Origin: Gonapodya sp. JEL0774
Taxonomy: Eukaryota
DNA length: 64,000 bases
NCBI GenBank assembly: GCA_027604505.1
Contig: JADIIX010000091.1
Location: forward strand, 1 to 64,000
Direction of reading: 5' to 3'
Part shown: positions 51,996-64,000 of the stretch, piece after piece
Layout of the letters: every line of letters starts with the position of its first letter
How positions within the stretch are numbered: the stretch's first letter is position 1
The notes under the pieces: generated by a model
Database searches by the model: none
What the model was told of the DNA's origin: nothing
Seen by the model: only the letters and a program-made list of their open reading frames with translations
Position numbers and translations under genes: made by a program

Positions 51996-54393
51996 ATGGC
52001 TCCTCCTACACCTCAGTTCGACGGATACCCGGCGTACGAGACGCTCAAGGTGGATCGCAAAGAAGGATATGTGCTGAATGTCCAGCTCAACCGAGTTGCG
52101 AAACTGAACGCTTTCATGGACATGTGAGCATCCAACGCGGGGTCTTGTCTCGTCGGTATCGTGGATATTTGATGCTTGGATGAGTAACTTGGTGGAAAGT
52201 CATTCATGGTCAATGTCAAGCGTAATTTCGGTCATCTATCGGAAAGAGCTTCTGGTAGTCTCCGACTAGACCCCTGGTGAAAGAGGATCAGTTGTCTCTT
52301 AGCATTTTAGAAGCTTTACTATGCTAGCTGCAAAAGCTGCAAAAACCGGGGAGTCGCACGTTGGCACTCGCGGGCTAGAGGACTTCTGTCCTCTTTCAGC
52401 AATTGACCTCGCATTTGGTTCCTCACTGAATTGAACTCCTCCATGTCGCTGGACGGTGAAGATCTTTTGTGGAGCTCTCTGATTGCTTCCGTCGAATCGC
52501 CGTCGACCCGGACACGCGCGCAGTAGTAATCACTTCCAACGCGAAAGTCTTTACAGCCGGTGAGCATCCTTCTCGACACAGATGGCATCGTGAACATCGA
52601 TAATATTTATTTATTTTGGTATCCGTCCCTGTACTCACCTTCGCGTTGCCCGCTCTCTGTTCTGAATGATAGGCCTGGACTTGAATGCCCAGGGTTCGGG
52701 TTTCTCGCTGGGCCAAGCTGATCCTGCCAGACGAGCTTTACAGATTGTGCGAGGGGCCGCTCGGTGGCAAGAGCCGTTCAATTTGATGTGAGTTCTGGAG
52801 ATTGTTCCCGCGCTCGAAAGTATGAAAATAGGTAGAGAGCACAGCACAGCCCACTTTTGGATTTTTTCGGAGGTTTGCTCGAAGGTCGGAAGTCTCAATA
52901 AGAACATAGAGACTACCACCGAGTGCTGCTGCGATACGGATAGAGTGAATGTGGATGAATAACTTTGTCAGCGCACTCCAACTCCGATTTGTTTCTTTCA
53001 TGTCCTGTCTTAAACCGTCCATTTGATCGCGCGTAGTGAAGAGTGTGGAAAGCCTGTTATCGGTAGGTTCGCGGCGGTTAGGCCTTGTCGTTTGAGGTAG
53101 CCTCACCAGTCAACTCCCTTGCATTAACGCACATATTGCCAAACACAGCTGCTGTGCATGGTGCGTACCGTCGATCCTTTGCCATCTACTACCGCTTAGA
53201 CTTCGCGTTTTCACTTGCACCTTGTTTCCCTTCATAAACCCCGCCAACCACACCTGTTCGCTTATAGGAGCCTGTATTGGTGCAGGTCTCGACTTCATCT
53301 CCGCGTGCGATGTGCGGTTCTGCTCGAAGGATGCCTTTTTTTCCATCAAGGGTGAGCAATTGGTTGGCAGTGACACAGAGACGCGCGATTGTGGAGAGTC
53401 ACGAAAAGATGGAGACAATATTTGAATCCCCGTGTAATTGAGATCACAGGGCATAGAGTGGCTGTGACTTGAGGCACGTACTTGGAAACAAACGTGAAGT
53501 TTCCTACTTGGACGAGCATAGGGTTTCGGCGAGGTGCTCGTGAAAGTTCGAAGTATTCTGTGGGCGATCAATCTGGAAATCTTATCTGTCTTCCAATAAC
53601 TGGGATTTCTCATCTGAATGACATAACCTACTCACTCCCACTCCGTCTAATGTCCGGTCGCATGATTACAACTCGCTCGTAACTTACCCCTTGTAAACTC
53701 GCAGAAGTGGACATCGGGATCGCTGCGGATGTTGGTGAGTGGCAGACTTGAGGGACAAGTTCCCATGTGTCCTCTATATTGTTACTCTTGGCTCTGGCGA
53801 AAAGAACCTGATAAGTGCTCTGCTGTTTCCCTGATGTTTTTTGTAATCCGCAACTTGAAGGCACACTCCAGCGCTTCCCCAAGATCGTGGGCAATGTGAG
53901 TACAAATCATGCTCCATTTCCTCACAGGTTCACCTTTCAACATCGAATAACTCACTGTCTCACGCGACTGTCTACCGAAAAGGACTCTCTTGTGCGCGAA
54001 CTTGCACTCTCTGCACGGAACTTTACAGCGCAAGAAGCTGACAAGGCCGGGTTGGTGAGCAGAGTGCTAGACACCAAGGAGGAATGCTGGGGTGCGTACT
54101 TTCTTCAATGTTGGAGTATCGGTTCAGGGACAAAAGTTGGGACGTCATGTGTAATATTCGCGTTCCCTTTATTTCCAGCCGCCGCGTTCTCTCTCGCTCA
54201 ACTCATTGCTTCCAAGTCTCCAGTCGCGGTTCTCTCCACAAAGTTTAACCTTCTGTACTCTCGCGATCACTCAGTCTCGGATGGTCTTAAGTTCGCCGGA
54301 GTCTGGAACTCTGGATTCATCCAAACGAAGGATACGGAAGAAGCGATAGGGGCGTTCTTGGGTAAAAGGAAGCCAGTCTTTGGAAAGTTGTAA
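51996..54393 (+). CDS. ECH1: Delta(3,5)-Delta(2,4)-dienoyl-CoA isomerase (crotonase family)
   Basis: VQLNRVAKLNA, FTAGLDL, KPVIAAVHGACIGAGLD, EVDIGIAADVGTLQRFPKIVGN, IASKSPVAV..K..LLYSRDHSV and PTS1-like end FGKL. Many small exons. Confidence 0.92.
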
Positions 54394-54506
54394 CGAACAA
54401 GGGAGCAGAAACTATTATTTGTGGTGCTGTCCCAATTACACGAGGAAATTCCAATCTTGCGGTTGTTCAAACAACGCGTGCTACCAGACGGAACAACTCC
54501 CTGCAT

Positions 54507-55128
54507 CTATGCCGCGGCATTCCCACCACCGCCACCTCCCTCAGCAAGCTGCTGCCTCCCACTTCCACCCTTTTGTTTTCCACCTGCTCTGCCTGGCTCT
54601 TCGAGTTTCTCTTGCCAGTACCATCCAAAGAGTGGGAATCTGGCATGAGAAGATGCCAGCCCAAGTGAATCATAGAAATAGTCGAATTTGGGGTGAGAAA
54701 TCCACAGGGTCGTCAAAGTATCGGGAGACCCACTTTGACAGAATGTCCCGCTGCGCCCTGGGAATCGGCTCCAACGCGAAAAGAAAAGCAACACTTGAAA
54801 CCGCTGCCCAGCCAAAGTAAGTGCGCTTCCTATTTGGTCGAGCCCATATAAGGTTAATTAAAAGCATTGACCAGGTGTTACGGGAATGAATGGCCATCCG
54901 CAAGTTACTAGTATGGCATCATTCAGTGACCAAATCATGGCTCTACCTCTTGTCTGAAGCTCTCAAGTGATGTTGGTGCCATTTTGGATGTTTCATCTCA
55001 TCCACGCGGCCGCCAAGAGTGATATGGCACCCTTTGAAACTAACCAGTTGCGGAAGTTGTGCTTTCGGAAGAACAGTCCCAAACTGTGAAGTGTGGGGCG
55101 CGACTTGCTTAAGTATGTGTGGGGACCT
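54507..55128 (-). CDS. QCR10: Probable cytochrome b-c1 complex subunit 10; start not resolved
   Basis: Spliced NW|KRTYFGWAAVSSVAFLFALEPIPRAQRDILSK|FPLFGWYW matches the fungal Qcr10 pattern of a TM segment followed by PRxxxDILxKxPxxGxYW. Confidence 0.6.
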
Positions 55129-55642
55129 TCGGTCGGTGCAGATCCAGTTATCGTAAGACATAGATTCGCACTTTTGTTCACAAAAAAAAAGTCCTGTCTG
55201 ACGTCATTGCCATACTGAATCGTACAGCTTACATAAGGAAGAAACAAAAACAACCACATTCGCATCCGCAATGCATGTTATTGTCTGAGGATCATGCCAG
55301 TCTTCAATCATGATTGTGGCTTCAGTTCGCAAATGTATAAATGTAGCACCATTCATTAGTCCCGAGGTCCACATTGATCTACACAGGCAGTCAGCATGCA
55401 ATTACATTATATTTCCTAACCAAAAGTAGCAGAGTTTACAACTAGTCCTGATTAGGATCCCGACATTTGCTTTTTCGCATTCTCTCTGGTCGGATCCTCC
55501 TCGGCATTGAATACTACAGAGAGCTAACTTCATTCGTACGGTTACCATCTCCGTGCCCATTGGAATTCGCACGTCTGTCGTTCACCTGTTCCAAACGGTC
55601 CTCCCAGTCGAAGCAGCGTATCAGAATAATTCAACACCGCTT

Positions 55643-56868
55643 CTATAACCCAACGAGGCCTGCAGCTTCGTCTCCGACCTTTGCTAGCCCAAGAGGACAA
55701 TCCGGCTGTCTCTTGGGATGGCAAACCTTGAACGCCTCGAGCTCGTGGCAGGTTTGGTATATGCGCGATATTGTGGGGTACAGAGACATGTCGACGTTGT
55801 TACTGTATTTTTTATGGTTGCGGAGATTCGAAAAGTGACGGCCGTCGAGGGAAACAGGTGCAGGTGCGTTGTGGCGTGAGAGGTGGAGGGATCATAGCGC
55901 GGAGCATGCGAGACGAATTAAACTCACCGGTACGCGTTGAAGATCATGGGAACGACGCATAAGTCGGCATGAGTGATATTATCACCGACACAGCTGTTTA
56001 ATGAGGACGGTAACAGGAGGTACAAGTGGGGTTTGAATCTGTGACGGTTTGGTTCGTGGACTGGAGGAAACGACCAAGACTCACTATTTTCCAGCACTGG
56101 TCGAGAGAATTTTCTCCAGAGCTTTGTCGAGCAAGGGAATGTCAGTTGAGGTGTCATGCATAAACGAAGATGAAACGGCGGGCACACGAGGAGATCGAAA
56201 ATCAACTTCGCCCACCTTGGAACCCGGTGTTCACAACCCATTGTGCGTATTCCTCCCGCTTGGCCATATCACTACCGAAAATTTTCACTTGAACACGAAG
56301 GTTTTGAACGGGGTGAATATCGCAGCTCACTAGGTCCACAATGGAGCGAACCTGCGGAGAGAAGAAGTCAAAAATGTGTGAATCCGAGCACAAGTGAGCA
56401 CAAGATACCAGCTGACGTTGGAAAACATCGTCTGGTAGGAGTTTCGGTCCCTTGTCGGGGAAATACTCCTCGATGAACTCGAGGATGGCGGGCGACTGTG
56501 TAAGAACCAGTTTGCCGTCCACAATCAGAGTGGGAACGACCTGAAGATTGCGAAGTTGAGATTTAAATGACGAAGTGAATGATTCTCATCTGGAGAAAGT
56601 CCCATTCTGAGAGGAACTCTCGGCGATGGCAATTGAAACTCACGCCGTTGGGATTCAGCTCCTTGTACTCCGGCGCAACCTGCTCTCCCTTCACAAGGTT
56701 GATGTACTTTGCATCGAATGGTATCTGTTTGAGTGTGAGCGCGAGCCTGCAACGATTTACATGAATCGCTAGGTTTCATTACTGTATTCAGAAAGAATCG
56801 CACCTGACCCGCCAAGCAGCGGTGGAACGGAAGTAGCCATAAAGGAGCAGAGATTTGTCGGTGGCCAT
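55643..56868 (-). CDS. maiA: Maleylacetoacetate isomerase / zeta-class glutathione S-transferase
   Basis: LLYGYFRSTAAWR, LNPNG.VPTL..LTQSPAILEFIEE, DIHPVQNL, CVGDNITHADL and AFKVCHPKRQPD. Confidence 0.93.
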
Positions 56869-57754
56869 TGGAGGAATCGTGGATTGATTGGGTTGGGGCG
56901 GGGAGGAACTTTAACTACTATGACCGTCGGCACGGTTCATCAACAGGCCGGTCTAAAGGTCTTCCTGTTTCGCTCATGATGCAATGGAGGTGGAACAAGC
57001 AGACGAATCAATAACCAATCTCAAAAGTTCCAATCGGCTCAGTGGCGCACTCGTACTATCATACTCAAAAAATCTGCAAAACTCGGCCTTCACGCAATGG
57101 GCATGGTGGGCAGGGCCGGCGTGACTGTCCCACCGTTCACCACAGCTTCCATAGCCTGAGGAGGGCCGACGCACATTCGTGAACAACTCTCCAGCCCCGG
57201 GCAGGACTCAATCCAAGCACTCTTCAAGCGACTGAAAATGCTTCTGGGCCTCCTTTGAATGCACTCCATGTCGGGGCCGGGGGGAATCATTTAGATGAGG
57301 TCTGTACCACTTTCGTCCACAGTCTTTCGGGTAACCCAACGATCGCGCATGACAACCAAATCATAAACGCAGGTGCACTTATCGTTCGAGGACACAAAGC
57401 AACGTGAGAATTGCACTGTCAAACAGCTGGATGGAGAACTGTGATCAATCATTTTGAAATGGGCAACGTTCTCTGGTTGAATACATAATGGCCATCCCGT
57501 GTTGTGGTGGAGCTATCTTCCTTCGGATTTCTGAATGTATGTCTCAAAACACACTATTTTCAATCGAAATTCCTGAATTTATGTCTCGCACCACACTTCG
57601 TGTGGGAGCGAACTTTCGTTCGGCGGGAGGTGTAGCCTAGTGAGGTGAAGGAGATCGGAACGCGAACACTCCATCCTTTTCCACTGGAGCTCCAGAGTGT
57701 CCAAAAATTCTTAGTTATTGCAAGTTCATACGTGTCTCAAAAGAATGCCACGCA

Positions 57755-58030
57755 GTGTCGCACCCGACACTTCAATACTGCATGGCATTCCTTTGTGGTT
57801 CGCACTCGAGAATAGAAATCCGTAGCTTCCCAACACCAACGGCACCCAAATATGAAGTCGACGACGTTCTTGCGTCATGGAGGAGCCGTTGCAAGAGGTG
57901 TTCAGGGTCAGATGCTCCCTTGGAGGGTGCGTATTCGAGCGCGGGCAGAAACCGACGTGGGGAGATCCGCCTTGTCTCGTCACTATCATGAAAGCAGCGA
58001 CGAGTTTCATTTCGAATTCCCAAGATTCAC
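57755..58030 (+). mobile_element. Possible remnant of a Ty3/gypsy chromovirus integrase C-terminus (chromodomain)
   Basis: HPTLQ..PTPTAPKYEVDDVLAS, and DEFHFEFP in a shifted frame. Short and frameshifted. Confidence 0.3.
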
Positions 58031-58149
58031 GGTTGAAGGGCGCCGAGATGTGACTGACAGCTTGCCGAGGGTTTGAAGTTTGCGATTGGATTGAGAGGTC
58101 CACACATCCGGCCTGGTCTGTGCACAAAAAGGTGGGTTTCTAATAATTG

Positions 58150-59880
58150 TCAAGTACACAGAAACTGTTGAACTTTATGCTCACTCCACAACTTTTCTGT
58201 GATTCCGAATTCCTCCAAATTCTCCTTCACAAGATACCACTGGCGATCCGTCAAACAATATCTGCGGAATACATCACCAGTGTGGCCCACATTCGTGTGA
58301 AATAGAATGTTCAGTAGCATCTCCGAGTCCTTCCAATCAGGCGTTTCAAGACCGCCGGTCGGGATGCCCGAGAATCCGGCGACCAAGCCGACTTTCAACG
58401 GCGCGGAACGCCAACTCCTCAATGTCAGGAAAGGTCCACACTGCATCTTCCCCCGGACCTGGTTTCTTGTAGTATAAGAATAAACTCGTCCTCACTCCAT
58501 CGCGAGCTTGTCGAAAGTTGTGTGCGGCGTCGGGGTGATGTGGATCGTTGTACAACCGACACGCATACGCATTGTTCTGGAGAAGGAGTGTCTCTTCGGG
58601 CAACCGAAACAGAGGCCTTGCGAAATCGTCTGTCAGCGGATCGGTGAGATCCTTGCGGGCGAATTCTCTCAAATTGAAGTCCTCGTACTCAGAGACCGCT
58701 TCGTCGGGCTCCTCGGGCATCCTGTATCTCCATTCGTAGTCGAGCGCAAATATGCGATATTTGTTGAAGTCCAGATGAACAGTCGAGCCGTTGCTGTCGA
58801 TGAGGGTGTGGTGCGGTAGAATGACGTTGAACCCCGTCCTCATGCGGTGCCTGACCTCTTGGGGAGGATCGCCAAGACCATTCACGAGAGTAATAATCAC
58901 GTGGAGAGATAGACGCCGGCCTGGTTGGATTTCGTACATGATGGTGTCCCATCATGTGCGACAGACGAAGCGATGCGTGGCAAACCACTCGGGCGTGTAA
59001 ATGTAGGCGAAGATGCTGCAGAGTTTTTCCGGAGGGAAATGCGCGATGGACGCTCGAGGTTGAGAATGAGTTTGCGGCGGAGGTGCAGTCTGGGGAGCGT
59101 CTGCCCCAGTCACAGCGAAAAGAGGTTTCGAGTGTCCCTCGTGCCCTCGGGGGGAACGTCTCCTCGGGACGCGTCCGTTTGATTGCCACGACATTGTCCT
59201 CAGAAGAGCCTCTGTCACGTTGCCGTTTCCGGGGGGAGGTTGGACGAGGTGGAGTGCGAGGAGAAGGTGGATGTGGTGGAGAAGGTGGCGGAACGCGCTG
59301 CGAGCGCTGTGGCGGTTAAGAGGTTTCATATGGAGAAGGGCGTTCTCGATTGTTCTTCGCATGCGGGGCTGCGATGCTCGTTTCTGGTCGGTGTTGCCTC
59401 TGACGGTGCGAGATATGCGATCGAGAAATCAGACGGTATGGAAGGATGGTGAACGAAGAAGCTCACCTTGGCGACATCTGCCGTGTCCTTCGAAGGGCGA
59501 GTGCGAGGTTTGGGATGGGTGGGGTAGGGCGCGGAGAGTGGGGGGAATGGATTTTCGCGGCATGCCCCGCCCGTTCGAAACGGAGGTTTCCCGCGTTCCG
59601 ACGGACGAAACTCGTTCCCGATGACGTTTCTCACTGCAGGGTAGAGTGAAGATGTCGCCAATGGTGGTTTTGGGGGTGGTTTCGGGACCAGATATGGAGC
59701 ATCGGAGGATGCAGGTTTGGCGCCAGGACGGAGACGGCGAGATGGGCCCGATGCGGCAGGGGCTGGCGGAGAGTGCGTGCCAGAAGCGATGCGGTTCGAA
59801 GGTAAGTGTCCGCGTGGTGCAGTCGTTCCCGCGGCCATCAATGTTGGTTTTTGGGTGGGGAAGGAGTTTGGTGATATCAA
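58150..59880 (-). pseudogene. F-box protein gene with an in-frame stop and apparent frameshifts
   Basis: IAHFPPEKLCSIFAYI..RFVCRT*WDTIM: TGA at 58952-58954, with the same frame continuing about 200 aa. Apparent frameshift near 58350-58400. Confidence 0.6.
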
Positions 59881-60057
59881 CTTGATAGCTTGTTCTACCC
59901 AGATCTATGTCTATATAGAATTTAGGTCTCTGCTCTAGGTCGTTTACCTAGTTCAAGATAAAAACAAGCAATCTACATAGAGAATCCGCGGTGGTGTAAT
60001 ATAGGAATGGTTCTGTCCGGCTCTTTATAGTCTGGTGATATGCACACGAAGATCAAG

Positions 60058-62105
60058 TCAAAGGCGGCAGGGGACGTTAAACTCTCCATCGCAAGTCGGG
60101 TCTTTGCGCCGCGAGGTGCCAATTTCCACCCATTTCGTTTTTACAACGACGAATATCTGATGATTTGACGCCGCGTGAGTTGCGTCGGTTGAGGTAGTCA
60201 GATTGATGACGGCGCGCTGAGGGTGCTCCTCGATCTTCCAGATTTCACAACTAGACGCTGTTCCTCCATCGGCCTCGGCAAGAATTATTCCTTCCACTTG
60301 ATTTGAGTGAGACATGCATGATTTCTGGGCTGACTTCGACGCGACGGTGTTGGTTAGGAATGGTTGGAAAAGCAACTCGTCGTCTCCGCGATCTTCTCCA
60401 AAGTGAGTTGTGTCGACGATCCCATTCTCCACAGTAGAATCCATAACCGCTGTTTCTCCTTTCCTCTCAAAGAGTTTTTTTGTCACCTTCTCCGTACCTT
60501 CGTGCTCCCGCTCTTCATCAATACTGCCCCTTCCGATCGACTGCCCCCCATCGCATGCCTCGTGTCCTCGCATCTTCTCTTCCATACCTCCTGCGCTATT
60601 TTTTCCACTCCCTCCATCATTTTCATCCACTCCATCTGACTCATCGCTTCCCAACTGTTTGCAGTCGTCCATTTGGGCGTCGAAGACTTTAAGCAGCATA
60701 TCGTTCCACCGTGAGTCATATTCGGCTTGCGCTGATCGAACGAGATATTCCGATGTGGATTCTGATGTCTCCAACAGTGAATCCTTCGGTGCTTTCCTCA
60801 TTGGATACACTAGGTGCTCAGCCAGATTGCCTGTCTCCCCAACAAGTGATGCGGAGCTCAAATGGGATAGGTCATCGGGTTTGTGGTGAGTGGTTCTGCG
60901 AGTGGTGGGTTCGCGGGCAGTTGTGCTTGCCGGGTGGAAGTTTTGCTCCTGACTTCCGACGTCTTCTGAATCAGTGCACACTTGGCACCGGTCTGTCTTC
61001 CCGCCATCAATTGCCGCTTTGAACTCAGTCCTGTCTGAGACATCAATGGCTTCATTATTCCCGACAGGACAGGATGCTCCCTTCGCACATGGTGAGTGAG
61101 CGAAGTACTTAGTGCTGAGAGTTGGAACGCAGAGTGCGTTCTTCGAATCTTTTTCAATGCCTCTCGGCTTACTGGTTCTTGAATCAATGTGGATCAGATG
61201 CTCGTCGCCCTGTCCTTCCACGTTCGATGCGTTCGTTGAGGAACCAGGTTTGCCAGTCCCTACGTGCTTGACAGGTTGGTGGATCGATCTGAAATCGAGT
61301 CCATCTTGAGAGTTATGATCCCTTGATTTGGAGTTCCAACAACAGGGCTTAGACTTTGACTGGTTATTCGGTGAGTCGGAGATGCTCGTTGCTGCAAAAA
61401 GGAGGGTGAACTCACTGTCGGTTTTGTTCCACTGTCGGATTGTTCTTGTTGCTGTGCAATCATCTTCTCGGGCTTACAATTGGACCACCACTTCTTGGTG
61501 GAGTGCTCCTCCTTGTTGCAGTGAGAGACTTGAGTTAAGTCGACCCGTTCTTGCATCTTTCGATTGTTGGGCGACTGAGGTAGCTCTTTGCCTTCCTTCG
61601 ATGCTAACTCCCATAAGCTCTTCTCGTCTCCCAGTAGTCGCTCCCTCAAAGATAGCGAGTCGATGACTTTCATGTCCCCCACTGTTCTCATGAGCATGGA
61701 GTCGTCAGGTGAATTGTTCTTTTCCGAGTCTCTTGGAGTGACTTGCAGGTGTTCTTTGATTCCTTTGTACATCTCAGCTGCGCTGTTCTGATCAGTGGTA
61801 CGTCGACCTTTGAGGATTTGTCGAAGTCTTTTTCGGTCCTCAATTGAGAGGGTGCGCCCCAACATGAGATAAGCTTTGCTGTTCCCGAGCTTCCAATCCC
61901 TCACTCGCTTCCGATACCGAGCGTCCTTTTCCTTGTCGCCTTTGACAGGTTTCTTCAACTTCCCATTTATGTAGTGGAGGTTGTCGTGCATGATGAACCA
62001 GTGATCCACAAACGCCAGCTGAGTATCTAGATTTGTATCGTTGCTCAGATCCAGCTTCTCGTACGGCCAAACAGGTAAATTGTCGGTTAACTTAGTTGAA
62101 CGCAT
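60058..62105 (-). CDS. Ty1/copia Gag-derived protein with one spliceosomal intron and no pol
   Basis: LHYINGKLKKP..DWKLGNSKAYLMLGRTL..SAAEMYKGIKE resembles the copia Gag N-terminus. Intron 61415-61360 (56 nt) joins the two long ORFs in frame. Degenerate zinc knuckles follow. Confidence 0.6.
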
Positions 62106-62269
62106 TTTTATGTTCACTGTAGTTGGATTAAAAGTTCAATAGTGAGGCTCTGAACTTGTTTGAAATGGGCTGATCTGCAGTGACAAACAATGTAGAGAAG
62201 CGAGACCAAGTGATTGCTGTCAATGCTAGTGATTAGTTCTGCCACAAGATGAGTACCTTTACTGTTTCC

Positions 62270-64000
62270 CTAGTCTTCGCTGATCAACATCGATGTGCTG
62301 TGGTCCGATGGGGCAGCTATGAAACTAAAATGGTTCAAATTTCTACCCACGCTTGGGAAATTAACATTCCAACCACCGAGTATGATCCCAAAGCATGTAA
62401 CAAAAGGCTCATTGCATTCTCCGGTCTGCCACTGATGCGTGTTGTGAGCGATTTTGATGTGTTGGTTTGTGCACATCGACTCCAACAACCCATCAGCGCA
62501 CACGGACAATTTTTTTACATGCCATATAAAAGCCGACCCCAAGATTGTTCTCAGAACAGGTCGGGAGCTGAGTGTTCCATGACTTTTGTATTTGACTTTA
62601 CTGCCGGCGAACGAATTGCGCGTACCGTGCCGCTCTCACACTCCAATGTGGTACGTACTACAACACAAATGGATCACCCCTTTGACTTTGAGAGTGACAG
62701 TGGCACGATATGTGGCGGTGATCGGGAATACAATCTCTGATCATCCGGGTACATGAGTCTCCCGAACCTCGATCATAGTCCAGAACTGCACACTCAGTCC
62801 AAACTATCACCAATAAATACATAGTATTGGGAACATTGAGCTCACTCTCAGAAGTGCCCCGGTTGAACACCGGAACAAGTTTAGGAGAATGAAACGAAAG
62901 TTTCACCATGTTGCCAGCTGTCAGTCGGTATAACCGAGTTAAAGTTGAGTAACACGATCCTGTCGCCGTTCCTCTTCAAGCGTCTGCTCTTGCACATCCG
63001 CTCCTATCCACCACCTTGATCGGAAATAGTAGAGACACTCGTGTCAAATCCAAAAGTTGTGACGTCGTAATCAACTGGGTCGACGTGCGTAGTTACTTTA
63101 GTTGCTTGTGTTAAAATAAGTGAGGACCTGCGCCAGAGGAGGTTTGCGTTAGCAAAGGCGAAAGCTAGGAAATGGGAGACCTCTCCGCTCGCAGAAGAAT
63201 GTTGATCAATGGGGGAAGTTATCGATAATGTAGAGTTGGGGGGAGAGTGATTGGGGATCCCATCGCCTCCATGTTCGTGACTTTCGAAGCAAAAGTGCTC
63301 TGATCGAGGCCGCAGCTTCATTAAAGAATATGTACTGATCAGTCGACGCTCTGGGAATGCTCCGCATTGCGATCAACCAAGCCCTTACCTCAAGATCATC
63401 CACCGATGATGCTGCGTGGACGGATGGAATCCCGTTCATACTCAGTTGAACGATCTCAGCTGTGCACTGCTCGGAGACGGAGTAACCATCAAGGCAGTAC
63501 GCAGTTGAAGGAAAGTCTGAGCTTTTAGGTAACGGTCCAGTGAGGTAGGCGATTCTTCAAGCTGGGAAACATTTGCGATCAACTGGGTGAAGCGCTGAGA
63601 GTCAGTCAAGCACCCACCATTCTCTGTTCCATCACGGTCAAGCCTTTATCAATACCCCAATCATCATTGCGAAGATGAGTGGGATGTCCATGTGTGGCGA
63701 TCAGTCTCGATGAGGTAAGTATTGAAGCCCAGTTCAGACATTCACAGGGGAGATGGAGGTACAGGCAGTGGAAGATAGAATTAATTCCCAATATTCACTA
63801 CATTTGATGTGATTGAGTCTCCATCGTCTGCTCGAGCCTTGGACAACGATCTTGTCATTGGTGGAAGGATGATGTCACCTTTGCAGCCGCTTGGTTTGTC
63901 GGCACTGAGTCTCAACGAGTAGGGAAATACGCTTCTCAGAGAGTGACTAAACTGGTTCGAGCTAGCTCCGGGGAAAGTCTACTTCTGCGGTCGGTTTTCA
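62270..64000 (-). CDS. Second, divergent TET/JBP-like dioxygenase gene or pseudogene; probably extends beyond the window
   Basis: SLILTQATKVTTHVDPVDYDVTTFGF (HVD at 63080-63088) aligns without gaps to the 43.5 kb gene. Later spliced RGDPFVLY..KSHGTL..GSAFIWH follows in the same order. Confidence 0.5.

Noticed and set aside
51996..56868. ECH1, QCR10 and maiA as a metabolic gene cluster
   Set aside because: The pathways are unrelated and no other tyrosine-catabolism or beta-oxidation genes are adjacent.
58952..58954. UGA recoding (Trp or selenocysteine) in the F-box gene
   Set aside because: TGA is a normal stop elsewhere in the window, and a second lesion in the same gene favours a pseudogene.
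1..64000. tRNA or rRNA genes
   Set aside because: No convincing cloverleaf or rRNA-like sequence seen by eye; a covariance-model scan would be needed to exclude small ncRNAs.

Overview
Intron-rich eukaryotic genomic DNA with short GT-AG introns (about 55-130 nt) and micro-exons. Gene content and style point to an early-diverging, chytrid-like fungus (inference, not proven). The ORF track fragments nearly every gene, so all gene models were spliced by eye. Conventional genes: transketolase, nucleoporin Nsp1/Nup62, ECH1-type dienoyl-CoA isomerase, GST-zeta/maleylacetoacetate isomerase, probable Qcr10, a double-hotdog thioesterase, a UPF0014 membrane protein, a MetX-like hydrolase, the 3' end of an ASX-like gene, a three-exon metallothionein and a divergent kinase. 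Pseudogenes and retroelement debris are also present. Main findings: (1) a stand-alone protein with about 25 RNA polymerase II CTD-like YSPTSPS heptads and no polymerase domain; (2) two mutually similar TET/JBP-like 2OG-Fe(II) dioxygenase genes visible only after splicing; (3) an intron-containing copia gag-derived gene without pol; (4) unusual fusions, SH3-SH3-SHD1-UBA-RING and 3CxxC zinc finger-TPR-DnaJ. No database searches were run.
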